Source: Trichormus sp. ATA11-4-KO1 (GTDB lineage Bacteria; Cyanobacteriota; Cyanobacteriia; Cyanobacteriales; Nostocaceae). From it: 64,000 nucleotides of DNA. Of this stretch, positions 46,537 to 57,273 are shown piece after piece (position 1 is the stretch's first letter; the number at the start of each line of letters is the position of its first letter). Made by a program: the position numbers and the translations under genes. Location of the stretch: assembly GCA_019358915.1 (NCBI GenBank), contig JAHHIM010000005.1, positions 32,001 through 96,000 on the forward strand, read 5' to 3'. The notes below the pieces were generated by a model. That model was not told the DNA's origin and did not search any database. It saw only the letters and a program-made list of their open reading frames with translations.

Positions 46537-47514
<978 letters not shown>

Positions 47515-47679
47515 TCTTAAGCTTACTTGGTTAGTGAGCAAATCTGAAACTCTGCCCCGCTTTTAGCTGGCGTTAAAACCGCCCTTGATCGCAAGCGGGG
47601 CTAAATCATGGGTAAATGGCTCTAAATTCTGGTAACTTTGGCTAACTGCATCGTCATAGCCTTGAAGATCATCTTTCCT

Positions 47680-48291
47680 TTACTTTTGAGGCCAGCGCCA
47701 ATTGTAGCGATTCCATTCATAGATACCTTGAATTTCGTACTCAGCGCCATTGTAGAAGCGGACGACGCAATTAGTAGGAAAACCATCGCCATCGTGAATT
47801 TCATCCACTTGCAGCACCATGCAGGGAAACCATTCACGCTTACAAGGGCCATCGTCTTGTACCCATTCCCACATAGCGTTGGAAACTTCAATGCGATCGC
47901 CTACTCTCAGCTTTAGTGCATCCTCATAGTAAGAATACTTATCAAAATGACATGATTCTACACGATTGAGCCACTGCAAACCGTAGCTTTGACGAATAAA
48001 TTGTACTTCTCCAGAGTCGTTATTATGCAGCCAGTCATTGAGTAATTGCACTTTCCACGTGCGATTTTGTTGTTCCTCTATTTTAACGAACTGTAAAAAC
48101 GCCTCCAATTCCTCAGGAGTCAGTTCGTCTAAGGGATTGGCAATATCTGACATCCTGGAGTGAGAATTTCCAGGAATTTGCTCAACTACTCGCAGTAATA
48201 TCTGTTTCTGCATATCAGTGAGAGGACAACTAGCTGCATCACAACTATTAAAGGCTGCTTGCAAGGCTGTTTCAATCTCATCTGGAGTCAT
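47680..48291 (-). CDS. Hypothetical protein (C-terminal Tudor/SH3-like segment)
   Basis: 203-aa ORF; LRVGDRIEV..WFPCMV suggests a Tudor/Agenet-like barrel. Confidence 0.75.
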   Translation of the reverse strand: MTPDEIETALQAAFNSCDAASCPLTDMQKQILLRVVEQIPGNSHSRMSDIANPLDELTPEELEAFLQFVKIEEQQNRTWKVQLLNDWLHNNDSGEVQFIRQSYGLQWLNRVESCHFDKYSYYEDALKLRVGDRIEVSNAMWEWVQDDGPCKREWFPCMVLQVDEIHDGDGFPTNCVVRFYNGAEYEIQGIYEWNRYNWRWPQK

Positions 48292-48391
48292 AAGTTAATC
48301 GCAATTGAAGGGATTGTTTTTCTAATTATTACAAAAGATAAATAAAAGTCTCCAACCTCCAAGTCGTAAAATTCAGGTAAGCTGATGTTAC

Positions 48392-48598
48392 GGTACAGTG
48401 AGGCACACCGAAACCTCTCTCAAAAATGGGAGAAAAGCTTGAGGAAATCAAACCCTCTAGCTTAAACTTAAACCGAACCGACTGATAGATTCGTTTTATA
48501 TACGCTCTAATTGGTTAGGAGATTGCCGCAAGGACTTTTTAAGTTAAGTTGGGTCGCTGAACCAAGAATCCCCTACTCTTAAGAGTGGGGAATGTCAA
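48392..48598 (+). ncRNA. Orphan IS200/IS605 right end / TnpB omegaRNA-like scaffold
   Basis: GTACAGTGAGGCACACCGAAAC...GCTTGAGGA...GGGTCGCTGAACCAAGAATCCCC-hairpin-GGGGAATGTCAA resembles cyanobacterial tnpB 3' ends; no tnpB ORF is present. Confidence 0.7.
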
Positions 48599-48636
48599 AA
48601 GTTGCATGTTTTTTGGATGAAGTTACGGGGTCTTTT

Positions 48637-49068
48637 ATGCGGTTGCGCTCACTCACCGTCATTTTTATTTCCTGCTTGATTACATTTATCTCGTGGGTGT
48701 TTACGCCTCAGTCCATAGCGTTGACACAGATTAAACTATTTGATGTTTCCTATAAGGATTGTCCACCAGAACTAGCAGAAGGTGCTGTGATTAGTAGTGG
48801 TAGTGCAGCTGCCAATTGCTTTATTGTCACTGGTAAGGCAGAAAATGGTACTTACAAAACAGTTTATGACGCAGATATCTTTGGACGCATCTATGATGCC
48901 AATAATAACCCGGTGATGCAAAATCGCACCCGTCTGGGATCTATTACTGAGGTTCCGCCTGGTGTCAGTGATTTTGAATTGAGAATTTCTGTGCCGGCAA
49001 ATCAGCCAGAACCTTTAAAACTGAAGCAGTTTAAAGCTGCTGGATTTAGCGGCCAAGTGCGGAGGTAA
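48637..49068 (+). CDS. Secreted hypothetical protein
   Basis: Signal peptide from ATG 48637, two Cys, beta-rich mature part. Confidence 0.8.
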   Translation: MRLRSLTVIFISCLITFISWVFTPQSIALTQIKLFDVSYKDCPPELAEGAVISSGSAAANCFIVTGKAENGTYKTVYDADIFGRIYDANNNPVMQNRTRLGSITEVPPGVSDFELRISVPANQPEPLKLKQFKAAGFSGQVRR

Positions 49069-49225
49069 TTCGTAATTCGTAATTCGTAATTCGTAATCAA
49101 TTACCGTCTTCAGTCATCTATTGGGTTGACGTCAGGAAACCTAACATTATTACCAGCGTTGGTTTTTGCCACGCTACTATCCATTTATTCTTCATCTACC
49201 CAATCCCCTGTGTCCATAATAAAAA

Positions 49226-49260
49226 TTGTAGAGACGATTTTACCCTGAACGTCTCTACAA
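49226..49260. repeat. REP-like palindrome TTGTAGAGACG...CGTCTCTACAA
   Basis: Perfect 11-bp inverted repeat downstream of the YggT gene. Confidence 0.75.
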
Positions 49261-49291
49261 AAGTTGGTATTGGAGTAATAACGAGTAATAA

Positions 49292-49570
49292 CTAAAATCC
49301 TTGTACAAATGACATGGTAGTGAGGGTTCTCAGTAAGCCACCAATTAAATTAAGTGCCAAAAAGGCCAGGATAGGGGATAAATCTATACCGCCCAATGGA
49401 GGAATAATTGAGCGGAAAAGATTAAGATAAGGGTCAGTTACCTGGCTCAAAGCTGCAAAGGGCTGATTGTACCAGTTGATTGTTGGGAACCAGGTTAGTA
49501 AAACTCGAATAATCAGCAAATAGCTATAGAAGGTGATGAAGGTCGCCAAAGTGGTAAACAGTAAATTCAT
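49292..49570 (-). CDS. YggT/Ycf19 family membrane protein
   Basis: IRVLLTWFP..TDPYLNLFRSIIPPLGGIDLSPILA. Confidence 0.93.
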   Translation of the reverse strand: MNLLFTTLATFITFYSYLLIIRVLLTWFPTINWYNQPFAALSQVTDPYLNLFRSIIPPLGGIDLSPILAFLALNLIGGLLRTLTTMSFVQGF

Positions 49571-49701
49571 GGATAAGTTAGTTTCCTGCTAAGTGTCAAA
49601 AATGGTCTTATTATTGATTTTAATTTAGTCTATGTCATGAAATGTGCGGATTGCCGCATTGAATAACCACATTTAGCATCTTCACTAAATCTCAGCCAGC
49701 C

Positions 49702-50052
49702 TCAGGAGTCTTTGGTGAGTGAGCGGTCATTAACTGACTGGGTGGAACTGCCATTAACATTTCCCAGTTGCTGCCGAACTTCATCAATTGTGGCATTCAG
49801 CTGGGCAATTTTATCTTCTAGCGATCGCCTTGCTGTTTCCATTTCCATGCCTTCACTATCTGAAGCGAACATTTGTCGTCGTTTCGCCGCTACTTTCTTA
49901 GTCGCTGTTTGGCCATTAATCAGTTCGGCTTCTTCTGCTGTTAATTCGCCATCCCGTCGGGAAGCAATCACAGCCCCAAGAATCCCACCTACTACGCTAC
50001 CAAAAACCGCTCCTGCCAAAAAACCACTGGCAAAACCATCACGTTGACTCAT
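49702..50052 (-). CDS. Hypothetical protein with N-terminal TM and coiled coil
   Basis: GFLAGAVFGSVVGGILG; ARRSLEDKIAQLN; co-oriented between upp and yggT. Confidence 0.85.
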   Translation of the reverse strand: MSQRDGFASGFLAGAVFGSVVGGILGAVIASRRDGELTAEEAELINGQTATKKVAAKRRQMFASDSEGMEMETARRSLEDKIAQLNATIDEVRQQLGNVNGSSTQSVNDRSLTKDS

Positions 50053-50128
50053 AACTTTACCGCCTTGAAGAAATTTTGCAACTTTTACATTTAGTTAAGC
50101 TATTTTCCTTCCCTAGCTGCATACTAGC

Positions 50129-50779
50129 TTATGTCCCAAAGGTGCGATCGCCTGCATCTCCTAATCCCGGTACAATATACCCCTTGTCATTGACTATTTC
50201 GTCAATAGTTGCAGTGTAAATTATTAAACCTGGGTATGCCGCGCTCAGTTTTTGCAAAGCTGGCGGAGCTGCCACTACACAAACAATTCGCGTCAATGCC
50301 GGATCAATACCCCGTTGTGTTAATTCTGCCATTGCCGTCATCATGGACCCACCCGTTGCTAACATCGGATCGGTAATTAACACCCTTGTTTGAGGGTCAA
50401 ATTTTTCTGGCAATTTATTTAAATAACAATTTGGTTGCAGCGTTTCTTCGTTTCGCACCAAACCCAGATGGTAAATTGCAGCCAAAGGTAGTATGGTTTG
50501 CGCTCCCTCTAGTAATCCTAGTCCTGCCCGGAGAATCGGCACAACTGCCACAGGTACTTCTGGATTAATCAAAGTTGCTGGACAGGAATCTAAAGGACTC
50601 TGCACCATTGTTTCTAAAGTCGGCAACCATTCTCGCGCCGCTTCGTAAGTCAGCCATCGCCCCAACTCAGTCATGGCACTACGGAATAATACTGTAGGTG
50701 TGGCAGCATCACGGGCAACTGCCAGCCAGTGCTTGATTAAAGGATGGGGTGGAACATAAACACGCAGTTGTACCGTCAT
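50129..50779 (-). CDS. upp: Uracil phosphoribosyltransferase
   Basis: VPILRAGLG, DPMLATGGS, YIVPGLGDAGDR. Confidence 0.98.
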   Translation of the reverse strand: MTVQLRVYVPPHPLIKHWLAVARDAATPTVLFRSAMTELGRWLTYEAAREWLPTLETMVQSPLDSCPATLINPEVPVAVVPILRAGLGLLEGAQTILPLAAIYHLGLVRNEETLQPNCYLNKLPEKFDPQTRVLITDPMLATGGSMMTAMAELTQRGIDPALTRIVCVVAAPPALQKLSAAYPGLIIYTATIDEIVNDKGYIVPGLGDAGDRTFGT

Positions 50780-50874
50780 AGCCAGAATTAGGCACTTTTA
50801 TTCTATAAGAACTGAAACATCATAATACTCTTTCCTGCGTACTGCTGACAGCTAAAATCAGCACCGCCAAAATT

Positions 50875-50930
50875 ATTGAAAATATTTTTCATTAATAGTT
50901 GACATCTATTCTCAATCAAAGTTATATTAT
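50875..50930 (+). promoter_or_regulatory. isaR1 promoter with Fur-box-like AT-rich palindromes
   Basis: ATTGAAAATATTTTTCATT upstream of TTGACA (50899-50904), TATTCTCAAT in the spacer, -10 TATATT/TATTAT at 50923-50930. Confidence 0.7.
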
Positions 50931-50934
50931 TAAT

Positions 50935-51004
50935 CAGTGTTCTCCTCTCTTTAAGGATCGGCAGACGGGATTAGCCAGCAGTTGCAGGCTTGTCCCTCTT
51001 TTTT
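50935..51004 (+). ncRNA. isaR1: Iron-stress activated RNA 1 homologue
   Basis: CAGTGTTCTCCTCTCTTTAAGGATCGGCAGACGGGA..TCCC followed by a U-tract, about 70 nt; divergent from upp (known synteny); Fur-like promoter. Confidence 0.85.
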
Positions 51005-51194
51005 GTGTATGGGAAGCAATAAATTCAAAACTTTCAAATCCAATTGTGACAAGTATCTTGTTCGCTGAATTTTAGCTAATTCAATACAAAGCAATACTTC
51101 TAGGAATATAAAGAATAAATTACGTATAATTGATTTAATTCAAAGTTATATAAAATACTATTTTATTGGTTAATTTTATCTAGTATCTGGCTCT

Positions 51195-52703
51195 ATGTCT
51201 CCATCCTCGAATCCTGAATTTGATGTAATTGTCATTGGCTCTGGTATTGGTGGCTTAGTAACAGCAACCCAGCTAGTAGCCAAGCAAGCTAAGGTGCTGG
51301 TACTAGAATGTTATTTAATTCCTGGTGGCAGTTCCGGCTATTTTGAACGCCAAGGCTATCGATTTGATGTTGGCGCGTCAATGATTTTTGGATTTGGGCA
51401 AAATGGTACTACGAATTTACTCACCCGTGCCCTTAATGCTGTGCATGTTAGCCAACAAACAATTGTTGATCCTGTACAGATTCACTATCACTTGCCCAAT
51501 CAATTAAACCTGAAAGTTGAGCGGGTTTATGATAACTTTTTGCAAAATCTTATTGCTTATTTCCGCCATGAAGAAAAAGGTATTCGTCGCTTTTATGACG
51601 AATGTTGGCAGGTTTTTAATTGCCTGAACAGCATAGATTTACTGTCGTTAGAAGAACCTCGGTATCTCATGCGGACATTTTTTCAGCATCCTTTGGCGTG
51701 TCTGGGTTTAGTCAAATATCTCCCGCAAAATGTGGGAGATGTGGCACGGCGCTACATTAAAGACCCTGAATTATTGAAATTTATTGATATGGAGTGTTAT
51801 TGCTGGTCTGTGGTTTCAGCCGACATGACACCAATGATTAATGCCGGCATGGTCTTTTCTGATAGACACTATGGTGGAGTTAACTACCCCAAAGGAGGGG
51901 TAGGGCAAATAGCTCAAAAATTAGTAGAAGGTTTAGAAAAAGCAGGCGGTAAGATTCAATACCAAGCCAAAGTCACAAAAATTCTCACCGAAAGGGGACG
52001 AGCCATCGGTGTACAATTAGCTAATGGTAAAGTTTATCATGGTAAATGCATAGTTTCTAATGCTACACGTTGGGATACTTTTGAAAAATTACTACCTGTA
52101 GAGGAAAAACCTCGTAATGAGAAAAAATGGCAACAATGCTATCAAAAATCGCCAAGTTTTCTGAGTTTGTATATGGGGGTAAAAAGATCAGTATTGCCTG
52201 ATGGGACAGAGTGCCATCATATAATTCTGGAAGATTGGCAAAAAATGGCAGCACCAGCAGGGACTATTTTTGTTTCAATTCCCACATTGCTTGACCCAGA
52301 TTTAGCACCAGAGGGATATCATATCCTTCACGCCTTCACACCTCACTGGATTGATGATTGGCAAGGACTATCTGCAAGTGAGTACGAGGCGAAGAAAGAA
52401 GAGGCTGCTTGGCAAATTATCGACAGGCTCGAAAAGATTTTTCCTGGTTTAGACGCTGGCTTAGATTATCTGGAAGTAGGGACACCCCGCACTCATCGCC
52501 GCTTTTTAGGGCGGGAGGATGGGACTTATGGGCCAATTCCCCGGCGTAAGTTACTGGGGTTGTTAGCCATGCCATTTAATAGAACAGCTATTCCTGGACT
52601 TTATTGTGTGGGTGATAGTACCTTTCCAGGACAGGGGTTAAATGCGGTGGCATTTTCTGGTTTTGCTTGCGCTCATCGTATAGCCGTTGATTTGGGATTG
52701 TAG
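51195..52703 (+). CDS. crtH: Carotenoid isomerase
   Basis: IGSGIGGL, FDVGASMIFG, FSDRHYGGVNYPKGG, GDSTFPGQGLNAVAFSG. Confidence 0.95.
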   Translation: MSPSSNPEFDVIVIGSGIGGLVTATQLVAKQAKVLVLECYLIPGGSSGYFERQGYRFDVGASMIFGFGQNGTTNLLTRALNAVHVSQQTIVDPVQIHYHLPNQLNLKVERVYDNFLQNLIAYFRHEEKGIRRFYDECWQVFNCLNSIDLLSLEEPRYLMRTFFQHPLACLGLVKYLPQNVGDVARRYIKDPELLKFIDMECYCWSVVSADMTPMINAGMVFSDRHYGGVNYPKGGVGQIAQKLVEGLEKAGGKIQYQAKVTKILTERGRAIGVQLANGKVYHGKCIVSNATRWDTFEKLLPVEEKPRNEKKWQQCYQKSPSFLSLYMGVKRSVLPDGTECHHIILEDWQKMAAPAGTIFVSIPTLLDPDLAPEGYHILHAFTPHWIDDWQGLSASEYEAKKEEAAWQIIDRLEKIFPGLDAGLDYLEVGTPRTHRRFLGREDGTYGPIPRRKLLGLLAMPFNRTAIPGLYCVGDSTFPGQGLNAVAFSGFACAHRIAVDLGL

Positions 52704-52787
52704 AGTATTCCCAAGAAAACATAATTCAAAAATTCAGCACAAGTAGGATACTATCGGTTTTTGGAGAATAAAAATGTGAACGTAACA

Positions 52788-53129
52788 ATGAGAGCTGAAG
52801 CAGAAAGCGATCGCAGGCTGACTTGTGAAGTTGAAACTACACTAAAACTAATTGGCGGACGCTGGAAGGTTTTGATTATTCGAGAATTAATCACAGATGT
52901 AAAACGCTTTGGGGAATTACAGCGAGCTTTGCCTGGAATTACGCAAAAAATGCTCACTCAGCAACTCAGAGAAATGGCAGAACATGGTATCATACACCGA
53001 GAAGTTTATGCACAAATTCCCCCCAAGGTAGAATACTCATTGACAAGCTTGGGGGAAAGTTTAAAACCGATTCTTTATGCAATGCATGAATGGGCTATTC
53101 AGCACTCTTCGCAAATCAACAAAAAGTAA
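52788..53129 (+). CDS. HxlR family winged-helix transcriptional regulator
   Basis: IGGRWKVLI, RFGELQRALPGITQKMLTQQLREM, PPKVEYSLT. Confidence 0.93.
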   Translation: MRAEAESDRRLTCEVETTLKLIGGRWKVLIIRELITDVKRFGELQRALPGITQKMLTQQLREMAEHGIIHREVYAQIPPKVEYSLTSLGESLKPILYAMHEWAIQHSSQINKK

Positions 53130-53141
53130 ATTGATTGTGAT

Positions 53142-53537
53142 TTATCCGTTGCTTTGTAAATATTCAATCGCCGCCTCTAATTTGGAGGGGTAACTTTCAG
53201 AAAATCTTTCAAACCAAAGTCCTTCTGGCGAGAAGGGATCTAATTTTTCTAACCATTCTTGTGCCTGATGTTTTAAAGCTTCTAGTTTTTTGGCTTGGAT
53301 TTGTACTTGTCTAATTTTTTCTTGTTCTAGTTCTTGCTGTCTTCTCAAATCCTCAGCTTCATCCTGTGCGGCGAAATCAGCTTTAACTTCTGCCAACAGG
53401 TTATCTACTATAGATAAAGATTTTGGTAGCTGTGGAGTCAATGATTTGGCTGTATTTGGTTGTGGTTGTTTTGCTGCGGGTGTTGCTTCATCATATTCAG
53501 CCTTGAGTTGAGCTAGCAGCTTATCAATAGAGTCCAT
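53142..53537 (-). CDS. Coiled-coil hypothetical protein (Slr1339-like)
   Basis: MDSIDKLLAQLKAEY..WLEKLDPFSPEGLWFERFSESYPSKLEAAIEYL; family name is from recall. Confidence 0.75.
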   Translation of the reverse strand: MDSIDKLLAQLKAEYDEATPAAKQPQPNTAKSLTPQLPKSLSIVDNLLAEVKADFAAQDEAEDLRRQQELEQEKIRQVQIQAKKLEALKHQAQEWLEKLDPFSPEGLWFERFSESYPSKLEAAIEYLQSNG

Positions 53538-53564
53538 TATGCTAAATCTTAATAACAGCGATCG

Positions 53565-54170
53565 CTAGTCAGTGATGGCATTCAGCAAGATTTCTGATAG
53601 GCTGTAATCTTCCATATCGTCCATGGTAATGGTGTCACAGATATCAAATTTAGCCCCAGCACTTTGCATTTCGTCATCCAAGACTTTGAGAAAGCGGGTA
53701 GCTTGCTGATCTGTGCCAACTTGAATAAAGGAAATGCCTAATTCTTCATCTCGATCCATCCGGCGAGACGCTTCAATAATTACCTTCATTACTGCTTTGC
53801 GATCGTCTGGTTCACCATCAGTAACAACTAAAATTGTTTCACCATTCGGTTTGGTTTGACCCGCACCTTTACGTTGAAAGTAATCATCTGTTGCGTGTTT
53901 TAACACAGCAGCTAAATCTGTAGTTCCAGCAGGATCATTTTCTTTAAATATTTGTCCTACCTTACTAGCTGTGACATTTTCATAACGTTTGAATCTACCA
54001 GAAAATAAATAAACAGTGATGCCATCAGGATCATATTGTTCGCACTTACTAGCTAAGGCTAAGGTAGATTCTTGTGCTGCTACCCATCTGCTTCTACCAC
54101 CTTTTTGATCTGGGGTGGCCATGCTACCACTTTTGTCGATAATCAAGGTGTAATCTCGATTTTCTAGCAT
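53565..54170 (-). CDS. vWA domain protein (copy 2)
   Basis: MIDAS DKSGSM, GTTDL, VTDGEP. Confidence 0.93.
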   Translation of the reverse strand: MLENRDYTLIIDKSGSMATPDQKGGRSRWVAAQESTLALASKCEQYDPDGITVYLFSGRFKRYENVTASKVGQIFKENDPAGTTDLAAVLKHATDDYFQRKGAGQTKPNGETILVVTDGEPDDRKAVMKVIIEASRRMDRDEELGISFIQVGTDQQATRFLKVLDDEMQSAGAKFDICDTITMDDMEDYSLSEILLNAITD

Positions 54171-54226
54171 TTTCCAGGCTCCAGTTATTTAGTTAATAGC
54201 CAATATTGAATAGATTCTGGACTGAT

Positions 54227-54832
54227 TCAATCAGTAATTGCATTCATCAATACATCTGCCAGACTCATATCTTCTAAGTCATCTAAGGTGACGGTATCAC
54301 AAATATCGAATTTAGCACCAACACCTTGCAACTGCTCATCTAAAGCTTTGAGAAACTTAGTAGCCTGGGGATCTGACCCGACTTGAATTAAGGAAATTCC
54401 CAATTCTTCATCCCGTTCCATCTGGCGAGTAGCTTGAATAACTACCTCAAATACTGCTCTGCGATCGTCTGGTTCACCATCAGTAATCACTAAAATTGTC
54501 TCGCCATTGGTTTTAGTTTTACCTGCGGCTTTGCGTTGAAAGTAATTATTAAGTGCATCTTGAAGTACACCTGCTAAGTTTGTTGTGCCAGCAGGGTCAT
54601 TTTCTAAAAAAATTTGCGCGACTTTGGCGGAGGTAACATCGTCATAGCGTTTAAATCTGCCAGAAAATACATAAACAGTAATACCATCTGGGTCAAACTG
54701 TTCGCATTTTCTGGCTAAAGCAAGAGTAGACTCTTGGGCTATTTCCCATCGACTTCTACCACCCACTTGGTCAGGGGTAGACATACTACCACTTTTGTCA
54801 ATGATTAATGTGTAGTCGCGATCGCTCATCAT
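54227..54832 (-). CDS. vWA domain protein (copy 1)
   Basis: MIDAS DKSGSM, GTTNL, ITDGEP; close paralogue of its neighbour. Confidence 0.93.
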   Translation of the reverse strand: MMSDRDYTLIIDKSGSMSTPDQVGGRSRWEIAQESTLALARKCEQFDPDGITVYVFSGRFKRYDDVTSAKVAQIFLENDPAGTTNLAGVLQDALNNYFQRKAAGKTKTNGETILVITDGEPDDRRAVFEVVIQATRQMERDEELGISLIQVGSDPQATKFLKALDEQLQGVGAKFDICDTVTLDDLEDMSLADVLMNAITD

Positions 54833-55371
54833 AATTTTCCTAAAATTGCTACCCTGCGGTTACTAGTCTAACTGTTGAGTTGTCACACGGCATCTGTTGC
54901 AGATGCTTTGGAATTGAGATTTTCCATATGTTTACAGGTTTGGCTGACGTTCATCCAGGTAAACCTCATACTCACCCTGCTTAAGGCGAAGTGTCAGAAA
55001 ACTTAACCAATTTTGCATTGACCCTAACACCAGAGAAAGCTGCTGGCAAATTTTGGATTGTCAATTTTTAGATTGATTCCTACATCTAGAGTCGGCACAT
55101 CTACCAGAAACCCCAATCCAAAATTCGTCTGGGAAAATTTGCCAGGTCGGGCTAACCATGCTGATAACTTGCCGTAAAATCTCAAATTTCCCAGTAAAAC
55201 CTCTTTTTTCCGACTTCCTTTACCCCTCCATCCCTTTGCTCCTCTACTCCTCTGTATGTCTTAATCTCCGAACTTTGAATCAACTTAGTATGACTTCTCT
55301 CCCCAGTGAAACTACACAGTTCAGCCACAATCAGAATTAAAGTTGCAGTTTATTTGATCAACTTTCTTAAA

Positions 55372-55581
55372 TCATGCTGATTTATTACTCTTTTTACTTG
55401 TGGGTGAGGATGAGCTTTTCTGGGAATTTGGCAGTTCTATCTCATTTTTCGCTAACCAATCTTCAATCAATTCTGCTGAAACGTCAGACATATTCAGTCC
55501 TTTAAAAAAACAAACTGTTTTAAACCTGTCTTTTGTTTCAGGGGGCAGGTAAACCCGAATCGAAGCTTCTCCTTGTGCCAC
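55372..55581 (-). CDS. Ribbon-helix-helix (ParG/CopG-like) DNA-binding protein
   Basis: SIRVYLPPETKDRFKTVCFFKGLNMSDVSAELIEDWL is a beta-alpha-alpha pattern; GGAG lies 6 nt before GTG 55581. Confidence 0.8.
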   Translation of the reverse strand: MAQGEASIRVYLPPETKDRFKTVCFFKGLNMSDVSAELIEDWLAKNEIELPNSQKSSSSPTSKKSNKSA

Positions 55582-55605
55582 ACTATACTCCAACGAATAA
55601 ACTTA

Positions 55606-55684
55606 TTCACTAGTTTATTGGTGTAATGGTTCATCGAGAAAAATTATACATTGGTTGACTAATGCACTAGTGCATTGGTATAGT
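55606..55684 (+). promoter_or_regulatory. Sigma70-type promoter (TTGACT-N18-TATAGT) overlapped by 8-bp tandem repeats
   Basis: -35 at 55655-55660, -10 at 55679-55684; octamers TTCACTAG TTTATTGG TGTAATGG TTCATCGA and TACATTGG TTGACTAA TGCACTAG TGCATTGG. Confidence 0.65.
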
Positions 55685-56070
55685 ATCACCTATGCCCAAA
55701 GAAAGAGTCACAACTCTACCTCAAGAATGACACGCAACAAAGGCAATAGACGCCAGAAAGTGTCAGGACGGGCAGACATATAGAATAAGAGTAAAAGCGG
55801 TCAATTTTGCCTAAAATTGGCTTAATTAAGCATGAAATAAGACAAAAATAGATGATGATTTGCCAAAAGATTAGATGGAAAAAAATAAATAAAAGTTTCT
55901 AGTGAGTTACTCTAGCCTTTCAACTCTTTGAGAGTTAGAGCCACTTAACTACAAGCCAAACAAGAAACCACATTTTGCACCAGCTTCAGAAACTCAGTTT
56001 TTCCGACCTAATCGTTCAGTATAAAAAAACCCTTTAAATTCAGTCATTTAGGATATTTAGGTACTTAGGG

Positions 56071-57138
56071 ATGCTCAAAAACTTCTGGTATGCTTGTGAA
56101 TTTAGCTCAGCTGTTACCAACCAGCCCAAGCGAATTGTGATGTTAAATCAGAAATTTGTCCTCTATCGTAATTCTCAAGGGCAAGTAGTAGCACTGAAAG
56201 ACCAATGTTCCCATCGTGGTGCAGCATTATCTATGGGTTGGATAGAAGACAATTGTATCCGTTGCCCCTATCATGGATGGAAATTTCAAGCTGATGGGAA
56301 ATGCCTGGAAATCCCTTCCAATGAAATTGACATGCCCATCCCTAAAAGAGCTAATATCAACAGTTACCCAGTACAGGAAAAATATGGTTTTATCTGGCTA
56401 TTTTATGGAGAATTACCGACACAAAAGTGTCCACCAATTCCTCCCTTGCCAGAATATGAAGACCCCAACATGCATCCTATTTATGTAGAATACGAGATGA
56501 AATCTCACTACACTCGTGTCATCGAAAATGCTCTTGATCCGGCTCATCTTTATGCAGTCCATGCTAATTCCTTCGGAGCAGGATTTGCACAAGATCCAAG
56601 AGTTGAAGACTATGTAGTTGAAAATGAAGATTGGGGTATAAGTACTAAAATCATCTACAAGAATTACACTAAACCTAAAAATGGCATATTTAAATCATTT
56701 TTTCGCCCAAAAAAGACACAGTTAAATGCCAAAATTTGCTTTTACCCTCCTAACATAACTAAATTTGAAAGTGACTTTGGTCGTGGCAAAATTATTAATT
56801 ATGCCATCCACATTCCTGTTGATGATCATACGACCATTAGTAAGCGCATCCAATTACGTAATTTCTTCACCTATTCTTGGGCAGATAACTTATTTGTGAA
56901 GTTTCACCATAAAGTAGGTTTAGAAGATAAAGTAGTAACTGAGTCTCAATATCCCAAGTTGATACCTGACACTTTATCAACGGAAGTTCATGTTCCTGCT
57001 GATGCTTTAACTCTGGCTTATCGACAGCTGCGTCAAAAATATTTAGCTATGGGCTGGGGTTTGCAATCTCATAAAAATAAATCAGACAATTGTCACCAAA
57101 ATCAAGCACGACCTATTTACACCTCATTGATGAACTAA
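56071..57138 (+). CDS. Rieske non-heme iron oxygenase alpha subunit (VanA/CAO-like), copy 1
   Basis: CSH-X16-CPYH Rieske motif; ENALDPAHLYAVH mononuclear Fe site; distal ED. Confidence 0.95.
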   Translation: MLKNFWYACEFSSAVTNQPKRIVMLNQKFVLYRNSQGQVVALKDQCSHRGAALSMGWIEDNCIRCPYHGWKFQADGKCLEIPSNEIDMPIPKRANINSYPVQEKYGFIWLFYGELPTQKCPPIPPLPEYEDPNMHPIYVEYEMKSHYTRVIENALDPAHLYAVHANSFGAGFAQDPRVEDYVVENEDWGISTKIIYKNYTKPKNGIFKSFFRPKKTQLNAKICFYPPNITKFESDFGRGKIINYAIHIPVDDHTTISKRIQLRNFFTYSWADNLFVKFHHKVGLEDKVVTESQYPKLIPDTLSTEVHVPADALTLAYRQLRQKYLAMGWGLQSHKNKSDNCHQNQARPIYTSLMN

Positions 57139-57273
57139 ATTTATAGCTTCTACAGGGTCGTTTTGACGGAAATAATTCCTGCTTCACCATCTATTGTGTT
57201 GATGGAAAGCTTTTGAGTGCAAGTTGGTATGAAATCGCCAAGACAACATATCTAAAAAGAATCGGAGACAAAT

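Noticed and set aside
55339..55360. Possible target (AAGTTGCAG...) of the orphan omegaRNA guide
   Set aside because: Only an 8-nt match, with no recognisable TAM; expected by chance.
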